Shown here: in pieces, positions 39,540 through 50,719 of the stretch | Position numbering within the stretch: the stretch's first letter is position 1 | Layout of the letters: each line of letters starts with the position of its first letter | Origin: Monocercomonoides exilis PA203 | Taxonomy: Eukaryota > Protista > Preaxostyla | Direction: 5' to 3' | DNA: 64,000 nt | Assembly: GCA_001643675.2 (NCBI GenBank) | Contig: LSRY02000040.1 | Location: forward strand, 682,001 to 746,000 | Position numbers and translations under genes: made by a program | The notes under the pieces: generated by a model | Seen by the model: only the letters and a program-made list of their open reading frames with translations | Databases searched by the model: none | What the model was told of the DNA's origin: nothing

Positions 39540-40159
39540 TTCAGGATAAAACGGGCCCTCCAGTTGACATGTCTTCCTGTCTGAAGACAACACAGCCACA
39601 TCCATTTGCTTTCCTCCCCATCGTCCCTTTCTCTGTCTTCAAACAAAACAGCAGCAGATTCACAAAGAGAAATATGAATATGAATTTGAATATGAATTTG
39701 AATTCTTCTTCTTATCCTTCTTCTTCTTCGTATTCTTCTTCTTCTTCTTCTTTCTGCCACAATCCCAATTCCACCCCTCTCTCTTCTTTTTCCTCTCCTC
39801 CTCCTTCTTCTCGTGGCTTTTCTTCTTCTCTTTCGCCTTTTTCGTGTTCTCCTCAAATCTCTGCTAATTCAACAACAATATCTTCTTCTTCTTCTTCTTC
39901 TTCTTCTTCTTCTTCCTCTTCATTTCCATCAACACCTTCATCAGTAGCTTCTTCTTCTTCTTCCTCTTCCTCTTCTTCCTCTCCAACTTGGTCTCTTGCA
40001 TCGTCTTCCTCCTCCTCCTCTTCTTCTTCTTTTGTTCCTTCTCCTCTCATTCGTCAGCCTTCACCTTCTCTTCCTGCACCTCCTCTTTCTTCTCCTTTGA
40101 CTCATAATTCTCAAAACTTAAAGTCTTCTCATGAAGCTGAGAGCATTTCGAAGAATTAA
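28068..40159 (+). CDS. GSAP/Pigeon (gamma-secretase activating protein)-like protein, expanded by low-complexity insertions; about 9 exons
   Basis: Collinear blocks resemble the GSAP family as I recall it: DIIAASLSPDFSFL, YETILVDL, VVEEPIWM, MLLIFLPNEFLQFIDC, FVDAASPAVY, LFTEILLA, IVLQLLRRSILTLS and FLPIVPF. ORF pieces are linked by GT-AG introns. The final exon is 39545-40159. Confidence 0.6.
29743..30030. repeat. (TTTC)n and (TTTA)n microsatellites in an intron
   Basis: Directly visible. Confidence 0.9.
32482..32523. repeat. (GA)n microsatellite in an intron
   Basis: Directly visible. Confidence 0.9.
39449..39538. repeat. (ATT)n microsatellite immediately upstream of a 3' splice site
   Basis: Directly visible; followed by TTTCAG at 39539-39544. 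Confidence 0.9.
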
Positions 40160-40686
40160 AAGAGAGAGAGAGAGAGAGAGAGAAGTTGTTAGAATTTCTA
40201 TTCCTTTTTGTCTTTTTCTTTCTTTCTTTTTTCATTTCTTTTATTTATTCTATTTTATTTTTTCCCCCCATTAAATGCTTATTTTTTTTGTGGGAAAAGA
40301 TGGGTCTTATTTATGAATATTAATTTATTCCGACATTTTGAATTACTATTTTTCTGTAATTGAATAAACAGAATAGTTTTTTTTATCTCTTCAGTTATAT
40401 ATTCATTTATTCGTTAAACAATCGAAGTGCTTATTTCTGAAAAATAAAAAAATTCTTTTTTTGTCAAGTTAAATGGAATTTCTGAATTATAATCCATATT
40501 CTCTGTCCATTGAAAAAAGAAGAGTTGAAAAAATGTTCAGAGTCAATTTGTTGAATGGTGAAGTTTATGATGAAATTGGTTGAAAATTTTAAATAAAGAA
40601 ACTGCTCCATATGACAACTTTCGATCATAACCAATTATAATTCTCATCAAATAAAATTGTTGCATTTAACTGCAAGCTCGCTGTAT

Positions 40687-42504
40687 ATGAGCGTCGACAA
40701 TTTAAGATGGGAAATTAGCAAATTACAAGCACTATCTGGAATTGCTGAGCCAAAGTCAAAACGCCTATTAAGCGTTGCAAAAAAGAAAAAATCAATTTCA
40801 CGCGAAAATGCAACAAAGAAATTATCTGAGCTATCACATTTGGCTGCAAAACGTTCTTTTTATCATGATGAGGTAAATCTAAAGCGGTTTTTACGAGATT
40901 CAAAGGTATTTTATTTTATTTGAAAGTTATTATTTTGTTCAATTTTTGGATTATTTATAAGACTTTAGTGATCAAAAATGCGAAGAAAAAATTCAACAAG
41001 AAAAGTAAGCAACAACAAGAAATCGAAAAAAATGATTTTGAATCGATTATCCAAAAGTTAAAGGTTTTCTTTTCATCCTTTGTGTTGTTTTTTTTTTTCA
41101 TCTTCAATTGAATTCAATATTTTAAAGGATTTTCAAGTTGATGATCTTTTGGAAAAATGTCTTCAACGCTTTAAACTTACGCACATCAGGGATACTCTCA
41201 CACCGCTGCAAGCTCCCAGAAATATTGATTATTTAAGCAATCCAATGACAACTGGATATGTTTCATCAATCATCAACTCAAAAAAAGTTAATGAGCAAGC
41301 AACTATGATGCAAAACAAAAAATATGGAATTGTGCTACCACGAGGGACAATTTTAAATCCACAAGAATCAAATTCCACTGAACAGCATCCAGATTTGAGT
41401 TCACATTTAGAGAATTCTTCTTCAACGCAACCCATTTCACACTTCACTTCAACAACAATTTCCAATGCGATCACGACATTTTCAGCTGATCCAACATTTA
41501 GTTCTTCTTCTGATGTTCATGTTCCTCCTTCTTCTTCCACATCAACTACAGATTCAGCACATTCATCTCAAGTTTCTCCATTTCTTCATACGTCTTTATC
41601 GAAAAAAGAGATTATAGCCCTTTCAAAGAAGTCAAAATTAGCTGCGCCTTTGCCTGCAATACGCCAGCGGATTTCTTTTGTTGATGGGAAAGTTGAGGAA
41701 TCAGAATATGCAAAGAGAAAGAAGGAGCAAAAAGAAAAGAGAAGAGAAGAATTGAGAAAAAGGAAGGAGGAGGAGAAAAAGAAAAAAAGTGCTTCAAAGA
41801 AAGTTGATGAAATAGACATTGGGGATGATGCTGAAAAAGCAAAAGTGGAAGGAGAAAAAGAAGTTGAAGACATGGAAGAAGCAGAAGAAGATGATGGTTT
41901 TAAAGATAAAAAGGATGAACCAAAGAAAGATGATTTTAAAGACATTTCAGAAACTGTCAATTTTGAAAAGAGATTATTCGTTGAAGAGCCGAAAAAGCCA
42001 AAACTTCCTTCGACTTTTGAGGAAGCAACAAAGCTCGCAAAAACACCAGAAGAACTACTGCAACTTTTATCCATGCCATTTGGGAAAGAAGAGAAGGAAA
42101 GAGGTGGAAGGGCAAAAAGAAAAGATGAAGAAGAAAAAGGTTTGTCTGTTGGAACACACAAAGCAAACAACAAACAAAGGAAGGATAAGAAAACGAACGG
42201 ATCAACAAAACGCATGAAGAATGAATCAGCTCATTCAAGAAAAGGAAAAGGTGATGTTATTTTTTACAAAAAGGGTTTAAAGAAAAGATATTTCAGTGAA
42301 AATGAAATGCTTCATGGAGGTGAAAATCGAGAAAAAAAATTAGAAGTCAAACCGCGGCTCGAAAATGATTCGCCTTCAATCACAAATCAATCAGTAGTTG
42401 GTAATGTACATCCTTCTTGGGCAGCCAAAAGAAAAGAAAGAGAAAACAATTCAATGAAGCAATCAAATGCCAAAGGCTCAAAATTGCTGTTCACAGAAGA
42501 TTAA
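40687..42504 (+). CDS. BUD22/SRFBP1-family ribosome-biogenesis protein; 2 introns
   Basis: The C-terminal signature VHPSWAAKRK...KGSKLLF matches the family motif HPSW..K..GKKI.F. Lys/Glu-rich body. Introns near 40873-40961 and 41064-41127. Confidence 0.75.
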
Positions 42505-43499
42505 ACATATAAAGTTGATTTTCTGAAATTATTATTCTCATCTTTTACGATTTTTTAATCGAGTGAATCCAATAAAGAATTCTTTTTGCAAAATAGATGT
42601 TGAATTTCATTTTCTTTTCAGGAATAATTTCAGTTTTTCAAATGAATAGTTCTTTTCAATAAATGAATTGAAAAATGTCTCAGAAATCGATTTTATCCTA
42701 TTAATTTATTGGTCCGTGATATCAAATATTTGATTCAGCTTCTTGTTAAAGTTTGAATTCAATTTTATTATTAAGGGTTTTCCAATTTGAAAAGATAACT
42801 TTTCCAACAGCAATTCATTAAATTTCATTTGAATAAATATTTTATATTAAAATTGCTTTTTTTCAACATTTGGGACAAAATTTTTTTAGCTTTCTGAATT
42901 TTGTTCCTTTCCACTCAAACAAATTTTTTTTTCAATTTTAGAATTTTTCTGCATTATTTTGAAATGAGAATGAAAGACTTATAATGATAAGGTTGGAGAA
43001 AAAGTTTGGAACAAATCGTTGATTTTTTCAAAAATGAAAGAATTTGCTCCCTTTTTTCACGAAATAAACAATATTAAATTTTTTGTATGTGTTTCTTTGA
43101 TGAGCTGTTTTCAATTTTGTGTTGTTATTATGTATTTTGAATTTCCTTTTTCACAAAAATTGACGTGCCGAAATAAAGATGATTTCTCAATAACCAAGTT
43201 GGATTTTATCATGTAGATAACCGATTAATATTTGTTGGAAAAAAACAAGAGAGAGAGAAAAAGAGAGAAAATTCATTTTTATTTCAGAATGACTGAAAGA
43301 ATGATATTTCTGTTTGAATTTGTCGTTTTTATTTTTTCACTTTCAATGATCATTTTGAATGTCAGCAAATCATAAAAAAAGGAAAAGAAAAGAAAGAAAA
43401 GGAACAAAACAGATACAGAAGCCGAAGCAGCGATGATCATTTAATTTCATAAAAATAAACTGGCAATGGTGAATATTGATAGCTGAAAGAAAACACAGA

Positions 43500-44400
43500 A
43501 AAGGAAAACATAAATTAAGTGAAGAAATCAAATGAAAATAGAAATTCCTGTTTGAGTTGGAATTGATTGATGAAAGATGGGCAGATTAACATGATGTTTG
43601 ACAAACTGAATTTATTTTCTGATCCCTCTATGTTTGAAAGATATCGTTGAAGATGAATGGAAAACATCCAAACTTGCAAACTGTTGATTGCAGCATACGA
43701 AATGATTTTCTGAGTATTGTTCAAAAAGGAAGCTGTTCTCTTCGTTCCAAAGATACCGATATTTGATTGGACAACTTTCTTTCCTCCAAAACTCCATTCT
43801 CCCTTTCATTTGCAGAGAAATAACCTTGCTGGAGTGTATCTCATGGAAAAGTCGTCTTCTTCCTTCTTTTCCAAATCTCAGTCCAACTGAAATGAAAACG
43901 GCTTTGAACGAACAAATCTTTTAACAGTATCCGAAGATATGAAAATATTTCCTTTTGATGTTTCACTCTCAATATACAGAAGAATCTCCATTTTTTCTAT
44001 TGGAGCTGGACTTCATCGTTTTTCTTCATGGCACAAGATTATTTGGCAACTGAAGCATTGGACCTTGATCTTCTCCCACTCAACAAGAATGTTCCCCATG
44101 TTCAAGAACTTTTCTTTTCTTTTCTTTTGTTCAGACGATTTGCGATGATTTTCTGAATTTCTTTTCTTTTCATCTTTCGCAACCCAATGGTCCATTGATA
44201 AATGAGCTCAAAATGACACAATACACAAAATATGTCAAACCGTCAACAATCATCTGTTCTTGTTTTCAAATTCATTCTTCTCCACAAAAAAAAACTAAAA
44301 TCATCTTCATTTCGCTCATTCTATCTGCCGAATTTCGTTTTCTCTTTGTCAAAGTATTTGCAATTTATTCCATTGGACAAAAAGATCTGATTCAAATAGT
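43500..44400 (-). pseudogene. Decayed gene ('partner X'), divergent from the 44674 gene
   Basis: Broken minus-strand ORFs. Short DNA matches to 61400-62100, e.g. GAAGATGA...TGCAAACTGTT and CTTTCATTTG. Confidence 0.35.
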
Positions 44401-44449
44401 TAATGATTTTTTATTTAATAAAAATCATTCTTTAAATAATTTATTGGTT

Positions 44450-44673
44450 TGATCAAAAAGAAACAAAAATTTTCCATTTTTATTCTCATACAGCCAATCC
44501 TTGGGGCTTCTTCGCAATATCTTTTGCACTTCTTTTTATAAACAAAAACACAACCATTTGTATTGCGATCATTTTAAGACTGCAAAATAATCAACGATGT
44601 TTGTATTTATCTTTTATTTTGTTATTTACCAGGCTTTGCACCTCTTTTTGTATATTTTTTTGCAAAAAACAGA
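44450..44673 (+). promoter_or_regulatory. Upstream region conserved between paralogues, containing a CCAAT-like box
   Basis: GATCAAAAAGAAACAAAAATTTTCCATTT...TCATACAGCCAATCCTTG is shared with the reverse complement of 59060-59281. Confidence 0.45.
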
Positions 44674-46111
44674 ATGAGTTTGCCAAATGATGATAAATGT
44701 GAAAAAGGAGTTCAGACTATGACCAGAACCAAGAAGTTTTCAAGTTTGTGCATTAATTTGGATTAAATAATTCTGAACATAATTTTTGTTTTTTTAAATG
44801 TTTTTTGAAGAATTGTTTTGTGAACTGGAAGGTTGCAGAGAAGTTGAACAAATGCAGAAAATCGAAGAGATGTATGGATTAATTGATGAAATGAATGAAA
44901 AAGAATTTCAAACAGTTTTCACAAAAGAACAATTCAATAAAATTCACCAAATGATTGAAAAAAATACATTGTCATTGGAAAATGCAATCTTGCTGTTGAA
45001 GCATGTTGGATATTGCAAAGAGCTGAAAATGATTTTCTTATATTCTTTTGATGATTCATCTTTGAGCAAAAAAATGAGAGAGATGATGATTGATGAAAAT
45101 AAGAAGAAAAATGATGAAAAGCATTTGATTGATCTCTTTGAATGCTATTTGCTGTTGAGCAGATGGCCTTCATCTGAAATGGATTCAATCATTGTGCCTT
45201 GCCTTCTGAAAGTTGCCTCAAAGAAAGAGGAAAACGAGAAATCACAAAATGAAGTGGAAATGGCTTTGCTGGCTTTAAGTAATGCTAACACATATTATGT
45301 ATGTTTGCTTCTATTTCCATTTTGGAGTTAATGATTTTTCCTTTTTTTTAAGGAAATTAAAAAAGAAATTTTCAAGAACGAAATCAAAGAGATAATGAAA
45401 TATCATCAGGAGCATCATAATCTGACACAGCTTGCGTATCAGTCTGCTTGGCAATTTTTGTTTTATCGATTAATCGGAGATAAAAGTCTGGAAGGAATGA
45501 TTGCGGTTGAGCTGCATTTTGCAAGAGAAGCAAGAAGAGAAATCGAAGAACTGGCAAGATGCATTGACTGGAAGAGAAAAGAAGAAAGAGGAAAAGAAGC
45601 GAAAGAAGTGATTGTGATCTGGAGATGGATTTATGCTATTGATAATTACTTGACATGGTGCACATTGTGGAGTGAGGAACTTTCTGGGCTTTTAGGGAGC
45701 ATCGTTCGAGTGATTCGAGCATCAAGAGATAACCACCCAGATATAAGTCATGAATGCATTTTTACTTTAAGAAATGCATCAGACAAGAAAAAAAAGGAAA
45801 TAGATGCTTTTGCGAAGAAAGGTATCATAGATGTATTTTTGGAGGAAATGAATCAATCAACTTTGGATGATGGTATTTTGTGGAATTGCTTGCTTTTCTT
45901 TTTGAATATTTCAGAAAGATTGAATGAAAAGAAGGATGATGAAGATGAAAAAGGAAAAAGGAAAGAAATGAAAAGAAAGATATTTGAAAAGATGGAGGAA
46001 GAAGGATACGAAGATATCATTTCAAGCCTTTTTAAATTCATTTGTTTTGTTTATGAAAGAATTAATGTATTTTCGAAATATTTAACAGATTATTTTGTTT
46101 ATATTTTATGA
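44674..46111 (+). CDS. Lineage-expanded alpha-helical hypothetical protein family, copy 1 (intact, 2 introns)
   Basis: Exons 44674-44743, 44811-45298 and 45353-46111 splice in frame. Shares QKIEEM, VPCLLKVA, YHQEH.NLT.LAYQSAWQFL and FEKMEEEGYED with copy 2; copy 3 shows close variants of the first three. Confidence 0.85.
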
Positions 46112-46424
46112 AATGAAACTCATTTTGCAATTCAAAAATCACACTTTCATTTTTTCAATTTTTCTATTTTTCAATTACTTTTTGTTTTTGTTTTTGTTTT
46201 AATTTTTGTTTTTGATTTTTGTATTTGGATTTGTATTTGATTTGTATTTGTTTTTATAACTCCAAAATTATATCTATTTCTTTTTCATCACTTCACAGAA
46301 TGGCCACAAACTCGGTCATTTGAAGTTTTTGTGAAAAAATACTTGTTTTGTTTAAAAGAGAAAATGTTCTTGCTTCCTTCTCTTCTATTATTGAGAGAAT
46401 ATAATAATTGGTAGAACGATTATC

Positions 46425-47830
46425 TCATATTGAACTTTCCTCGTTTCCTTCGCTTTTCTTCTCCAATTCCATCTTCATCTGTGCTCTTGTTCTGATAACA
46501 AATTTGATTTTTTGTTCTTTGACCCATTCGCAAGACTTCCAACCCTTCTCCTTCTTGGTAGCTTCATTCAATTCTTCACCTTCCTGCATTTCTTTGGTGT
46601 CTTCAGGCTCTTCGATCTTGTCTGGTTTTCTTCCAGGTGTTTCTCTTACTTCATCTATTGATTGAATGACAGTGTTATATTGGACTATCTGGGTACTTGT
46701 GTTCTGTTCATCTGGTGGTTTGTCCTTTATCAGTTCTAATGATTCCATTTCCTTCCTTTTTTCTTCTTCTTCTTGCTCTGAGCTTTCACTGTCTGACAGT
46801 TCATCTGAATCACTATGTTCGTCATATCCTTTGGATGTGTCTGGTGTCTGTCCTGCAATGACTTGGGCCAAGTTTGTTGCAAAATTCTTTCTAACGTAGT
46901 GTTTTGTTATTGTATTGCTGCTGGGTGAGAGTCTGGCAAACTTTGCAATCTGTCCAACTGGGATTCCGGCTGATGTCAACGTTGACAAAGATGCATGTTT
47001 CAGTGTGTATGGACTGTATATCTCTGGGATCCCTGCATCCCTCATAAGTTCTGCAGCGAGCGAACGGAGAACGCGAGCTGTGAGAGGCTTATGTGTGATT
47101 TCATCTACGAACAGACTCATCACTTTCTCTTGCTCCTCATCGGATCTTTTCCAGAGCTCTTTCACTGTAGAGGCCGGCCATATTAATGGTGTTTCATTCA
47201 AAAACGGGATGATAATGTCTGTTCTGTCTTGTCCAGTCTTCAAGGTTGTGTCGAGTTCAATTGCTTCCTCTTTTGTCGTGGAATGATTGACGTTTACTCT
47301 TTCCAACTCCGTGAATCTACAGGCTGAAAACAAAATACATAAGCAAATCGTCTTCTTCTGCAAATCTCGCACTTTCATTCTTTCATTATTTCCCATTCTT
47401 GTGATCCTGTCCAGCAGCACTCTCGGATTCCATATCTCTGGCTTCCTCTTTTTCTTCCGATTTTCTGTTCGTTTGAACGACTTGAACATTATTTGAATAA
47501 GCGGATAATCTCCCAGTATGCTATTATAGAACAATTGAGTTATCAATGATACCGCTGATCTTATCTGGCAGAGTGTTGACACTTTGACGCCTTTGTCTTT
47601 CAGGCTAAAGAAAATGTCAGGGCATCTTCACATCCATTCGCTCCATGAGACTGGTGGTGCTCCGAATCCATGTTGTTTCTATTCATCTCCAAAATGAACA
47701 AAGGAAAATACATATCCATTCCATGTTGTTTCAGATAAACTCTTTTTGCATAATTCAATATTTGTTTGTGAATAACCTCTTTTCTCGAGGAAAGATCTAA
47801 ACCATGTTTCTCCCTGCTGAGCTATGGGTT
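46425..47830 (-). pseudogene. Tyrosine recombinase of the DIRS element; two in-frame stops in the N-terminal part, catalytic domain open
   Basis: Motifs LFSACRFTEL, TLKT, SPYTLKHAS and ITKHY. It is in the same frame as the upstream piece FLEKRGYS...TWNGY. Stops at 47679 and ~47628. Confidence 0.88.
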
Positions 47831-48250
47831 GAGTAACAATACTCTCATTCTTCGAAGAGAAAAACTGGCTTCTATTCTCTTCATCCATTTCCCTTCTACA
47901 AGTATTTGATTCATCTTCTTCCACATCCATTCTTCGTGAGGCATCAGTTGTATCAAGGGCTCCCACACCTGTCCACACCAATCGGGAATCAACAATAGCA
48001 CTCGTGCTCTCTCCACAAAAGCCTTCATGATAACTGGCACAAACAAGGGGATCGGCGGATGGGCTAGGACAACGTCGTTTGACCATGATTGTTGAAGACC
48101 GTCTTCGTTGATTCTGCTTCCTGGTCCGCACCATCTTCGGCACTTGGCGTTTTCTTCTGTTGCAAACGCAACCAACGTTATGTTCAGGTTAAATACATCC
48201 AGCAGCTCGTTCAGCTCTTCTTTCCTCACTTCGTAGTCTCCCCCTCTTTC
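47822..48250 (-). pseudogene. Dam-like methyltransferase domain of DIRS pol
   Basis: AFATEENAKC..DGLQQSW..LAHPPIPL..LLIPDWCGQVW.PL matches the DIRS MT pattern DLFA..N.K..DAF..W..PP..L..P.W..Q.W. Confidence 0.85.
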
Positions 48251-48254
48251 AAAT

Positions 48255-49745
48255 CTGGATAGTGAATCCACTCTCATGTTCCATATCCCCGGGAAGTGTT
48301 GTGCCTTCATGTTCTGATTTCTGGCTTGAGTCTAAATCCATATTTTTCTGAGCAAACCTCTCAAGTTCAGCCCCGCATTCCATCTGTTTAGATTGAACAC
48401 TGCCGTTGTGTTGTCTGATCGCACCAGCAAATTCTGTATTTGAGCTTCTTCTAGCTTCGGAGCAAAATGCTCCAATGATTTCTTTATTGCATACAGTTCT
48501 CGATAATTTGAACGTTGTTTTCCTAAATAACTTGGTATTTGTTGGTGGTAAACTATCTTTCTGTTGTTTATCGTTAAATATGCTCCAAGTGCCCTTCCAG
48601 ATGCATCAGTTGTGAGAGTAGCCTATGGCTGAAATAGGGGGATTATTTGACGAGGAGTGTTCTCTGTCAATCTCCTTATCCATCGCTGAAGACTGGGAAC
48701 AATTGATGGGTTGATTCTCATACGCCCATTCCATCCCATTCTTTTCACCTTCTTGTTCAGAAGCTTGTGAAGCGTTGGAAGGAGTAAAGACGCTTCTTTG
48801 CAAATGTATCTTGTCGCGCTCAGCTTTCCTATCAATGATGTGAAATCTTCAATTTTTGTTTTTCTGCAGATCTGCGAGTATTATTTCCATCTTCTGCATT
48901 CTATTATTAATTCTTGTGATCTTTTTCTTTCAAAAGCGTCATTGAATTCTCTTGTGTTCCAAACGAAATTCAAGTATTGGAAATGTTGATCAGGCTCCAA
49001 CTGGCTTTTCTCTTTGTTTGTTAGAAGCCCCAGTTTCTGAAACAGATTCATCACTTCTCCAGTGATGTTTCTCAGTTCTCGTGGATCCTGATGGAGTTGC
49101 ACTACATCGTCAAGGAATGCAATCATTCTCACATTGTATCTTTCTCTGACATATGTTACCGCTTTCCTCATGACCTTCGTGAATATCCTTGGTGCATCTT
49201 TGAAACCAAACGACATACCTGTGAAGTGGAAATATCTTCCTTCGAATTCGAATGAGAGAAAAGGTACCAAATATTCTGTAACCTTTCTCAAGCAGTTCGC
49301 TTGGCTCAAATCCAATGTCACTTCATAATCTCCTTTGCACAATATTCTTTCTACCAAACGATTGTCTTCTTGTTTGAAATGAAGAGTCTTCATTGCGTCG
49401 TTGAGCCTTCTGCAATCTATAATTTGTCTTCATGTTCCGTTCTTCTTCCGGATTACAAACACTGGGCTTACATATTTGACGTGATGTTTGGGAATCTGCT
49501 TCACAATGCTCGAACGAAGTTGGTCCTCCACTCAGTCTCTCAGGGCTTGTGCAGCTTCTTGTGATTGTCCAGGGCTTTAAAGCTTTTGTTTGTTGAAGAT
49601 AAGTCCTTGTCGTGCTTTCTTGCTCCTCCACACAGGCTTTTCTCCTCTTCTTATCAAGTTTGCTCCCCCAATTTTTCCCATTCTTCCACATTAGAGGCTG
49701 TTCTTCCTCCAACCAATAATGTCTCCGTATCTTCGCTTGGCCCAT
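48255..49745 (-). pseudogene. Reverse transcriptase and RNase H of DIRS pol (frameshifted, with stops)
   Basis: RT motifs SPVFVIRKKNGT*RQIIDCRRLN, MSFGFKDAPRIFTK, FLDD and YLNF. RNase H motifs LTTDAS, SNYREL, SDNTTAV and HFPGIWNMRVDSLSR. Confidence 0.9.
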
Positions 49746-49749
49746 ACAC

Positions 49750-50626
49750 CTGAATCGTCCCTAGAAGGTTCTTCTGCTTGTCCTTGGAGTGAAAGTGCTT
49801 CTTCTTGTACCGAACGACCGGGGGCCTGTTCGAAAAAATGGCTTACTAATTGAGCTTCGATATCTTTCTCTGGCAGGCGTTCTTCCTTCGTAGCAAGCTG
49901 GTCTTGATAAATATCTGCCTATATTCTAACGTGGTTGTCTGGGTTCTGGGCTTGTTTTCTTTGATTCTTCCAGAGCTTCTTTCTGACTCTCTGTCAATAG
50001 CGTTGAAGCAAATTCTTCTCTCATCTTTGCTGTTTCCTTGAAACCAAACTTCGCCTGTATTCTTGCGTTCAGTGCTTCCTTCAATGCTTTGGCAACTAAA
50101 ATGCAGGAGTCTTCAATCATCTCTTTTCCCTTTCATCCTTTCCTTTTATTGAATGTGCTGCTAATAATAACTTCATTGTTGGGTATTAAAAAGTTTCCAC
50201 TTTTTCTCCCGCCTGATCTAATGCATCCTTAAATATATCCTTTGAACGACTGAACTGTGGAGGGGCATTTTATAAAAATGATGATAATTTTTCTTATTTC
50301 AATTCACAAACAATGTCATTTATTCTATTTTCTGGTAAATTCAAATCATATATCGATTCTTCTGGTTCCATTCCGAATATTTCCTTAAAACTTTTTTCAA
50401 TTCCATCTCCCATATCATTATCAGTCATTGTCTGAGTCGGATCAGCTGATGATGTTGGTAGCATTTGATAACTTGATTGGGAAGCGGAAAAACTCTCCTG
50501 AAACATGGGGAAAGCACTTGGAGGGCCACCAGACAGCGAAGCTGTGCTTGGTTCGGTCGCAAGTCCGGATCCAAATGGAGTGCTTGTCATCATCCTTTTT
50601 TGTGATCAGTGATCGTGACTACTCAT
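49750..50626 (-). pseudogene. ORF1 (gag-like) of the DIRS element, disrupted
   Basis: The ATG at 50626 is in frame with ORF 50294-50593 across one TGA. A further piece lies at 49926-50120. It sits 5' of pol. Confidence 0.6.
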
Positions 50627-50719
50627 AATGTGGCATTCTCTCAATAATAGAAGAGAAGGAAGCATGAAACGTTTTCTCACTAATCAAAATACTTGTATTA
50701 TTTGTCCAATCATTCAAAA

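Larger units (their letters stand above)
46371..50664 (-). mobile_element. DIRS1-like tyrosine-recombinase retrotransposon, full length but decayed (~4.3 kb)
   Basis: Perfect 30-bp inverted termini at 46371-46400 and 50635-50664. Domain order on the minus strand is gag, RT, RNase H, MT, YR. Confidence 0.93.

Noticed and set aside
29852-40235. Numerous poly-Leu, poly-Phe, poly-Lys and poly-Ile ORFs in other frames and strands
   Set aside because: These are artefacts of stop-free microsatellites overlapping the real coding frame or introns.
46180-46255. TTTTTG/TATTTG repeats as telomeric sequence
   Set aside because: The tract is short, degenerate, internal and not TTAGGG-like. It is probably 3' UTR low complexity.
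46425-47582. Phage integrase or bacterial horizontal transfer
   Set aside because: It is embedded with RT, RNase H and MT domains between inverted termini, which is the DIRS architecture.
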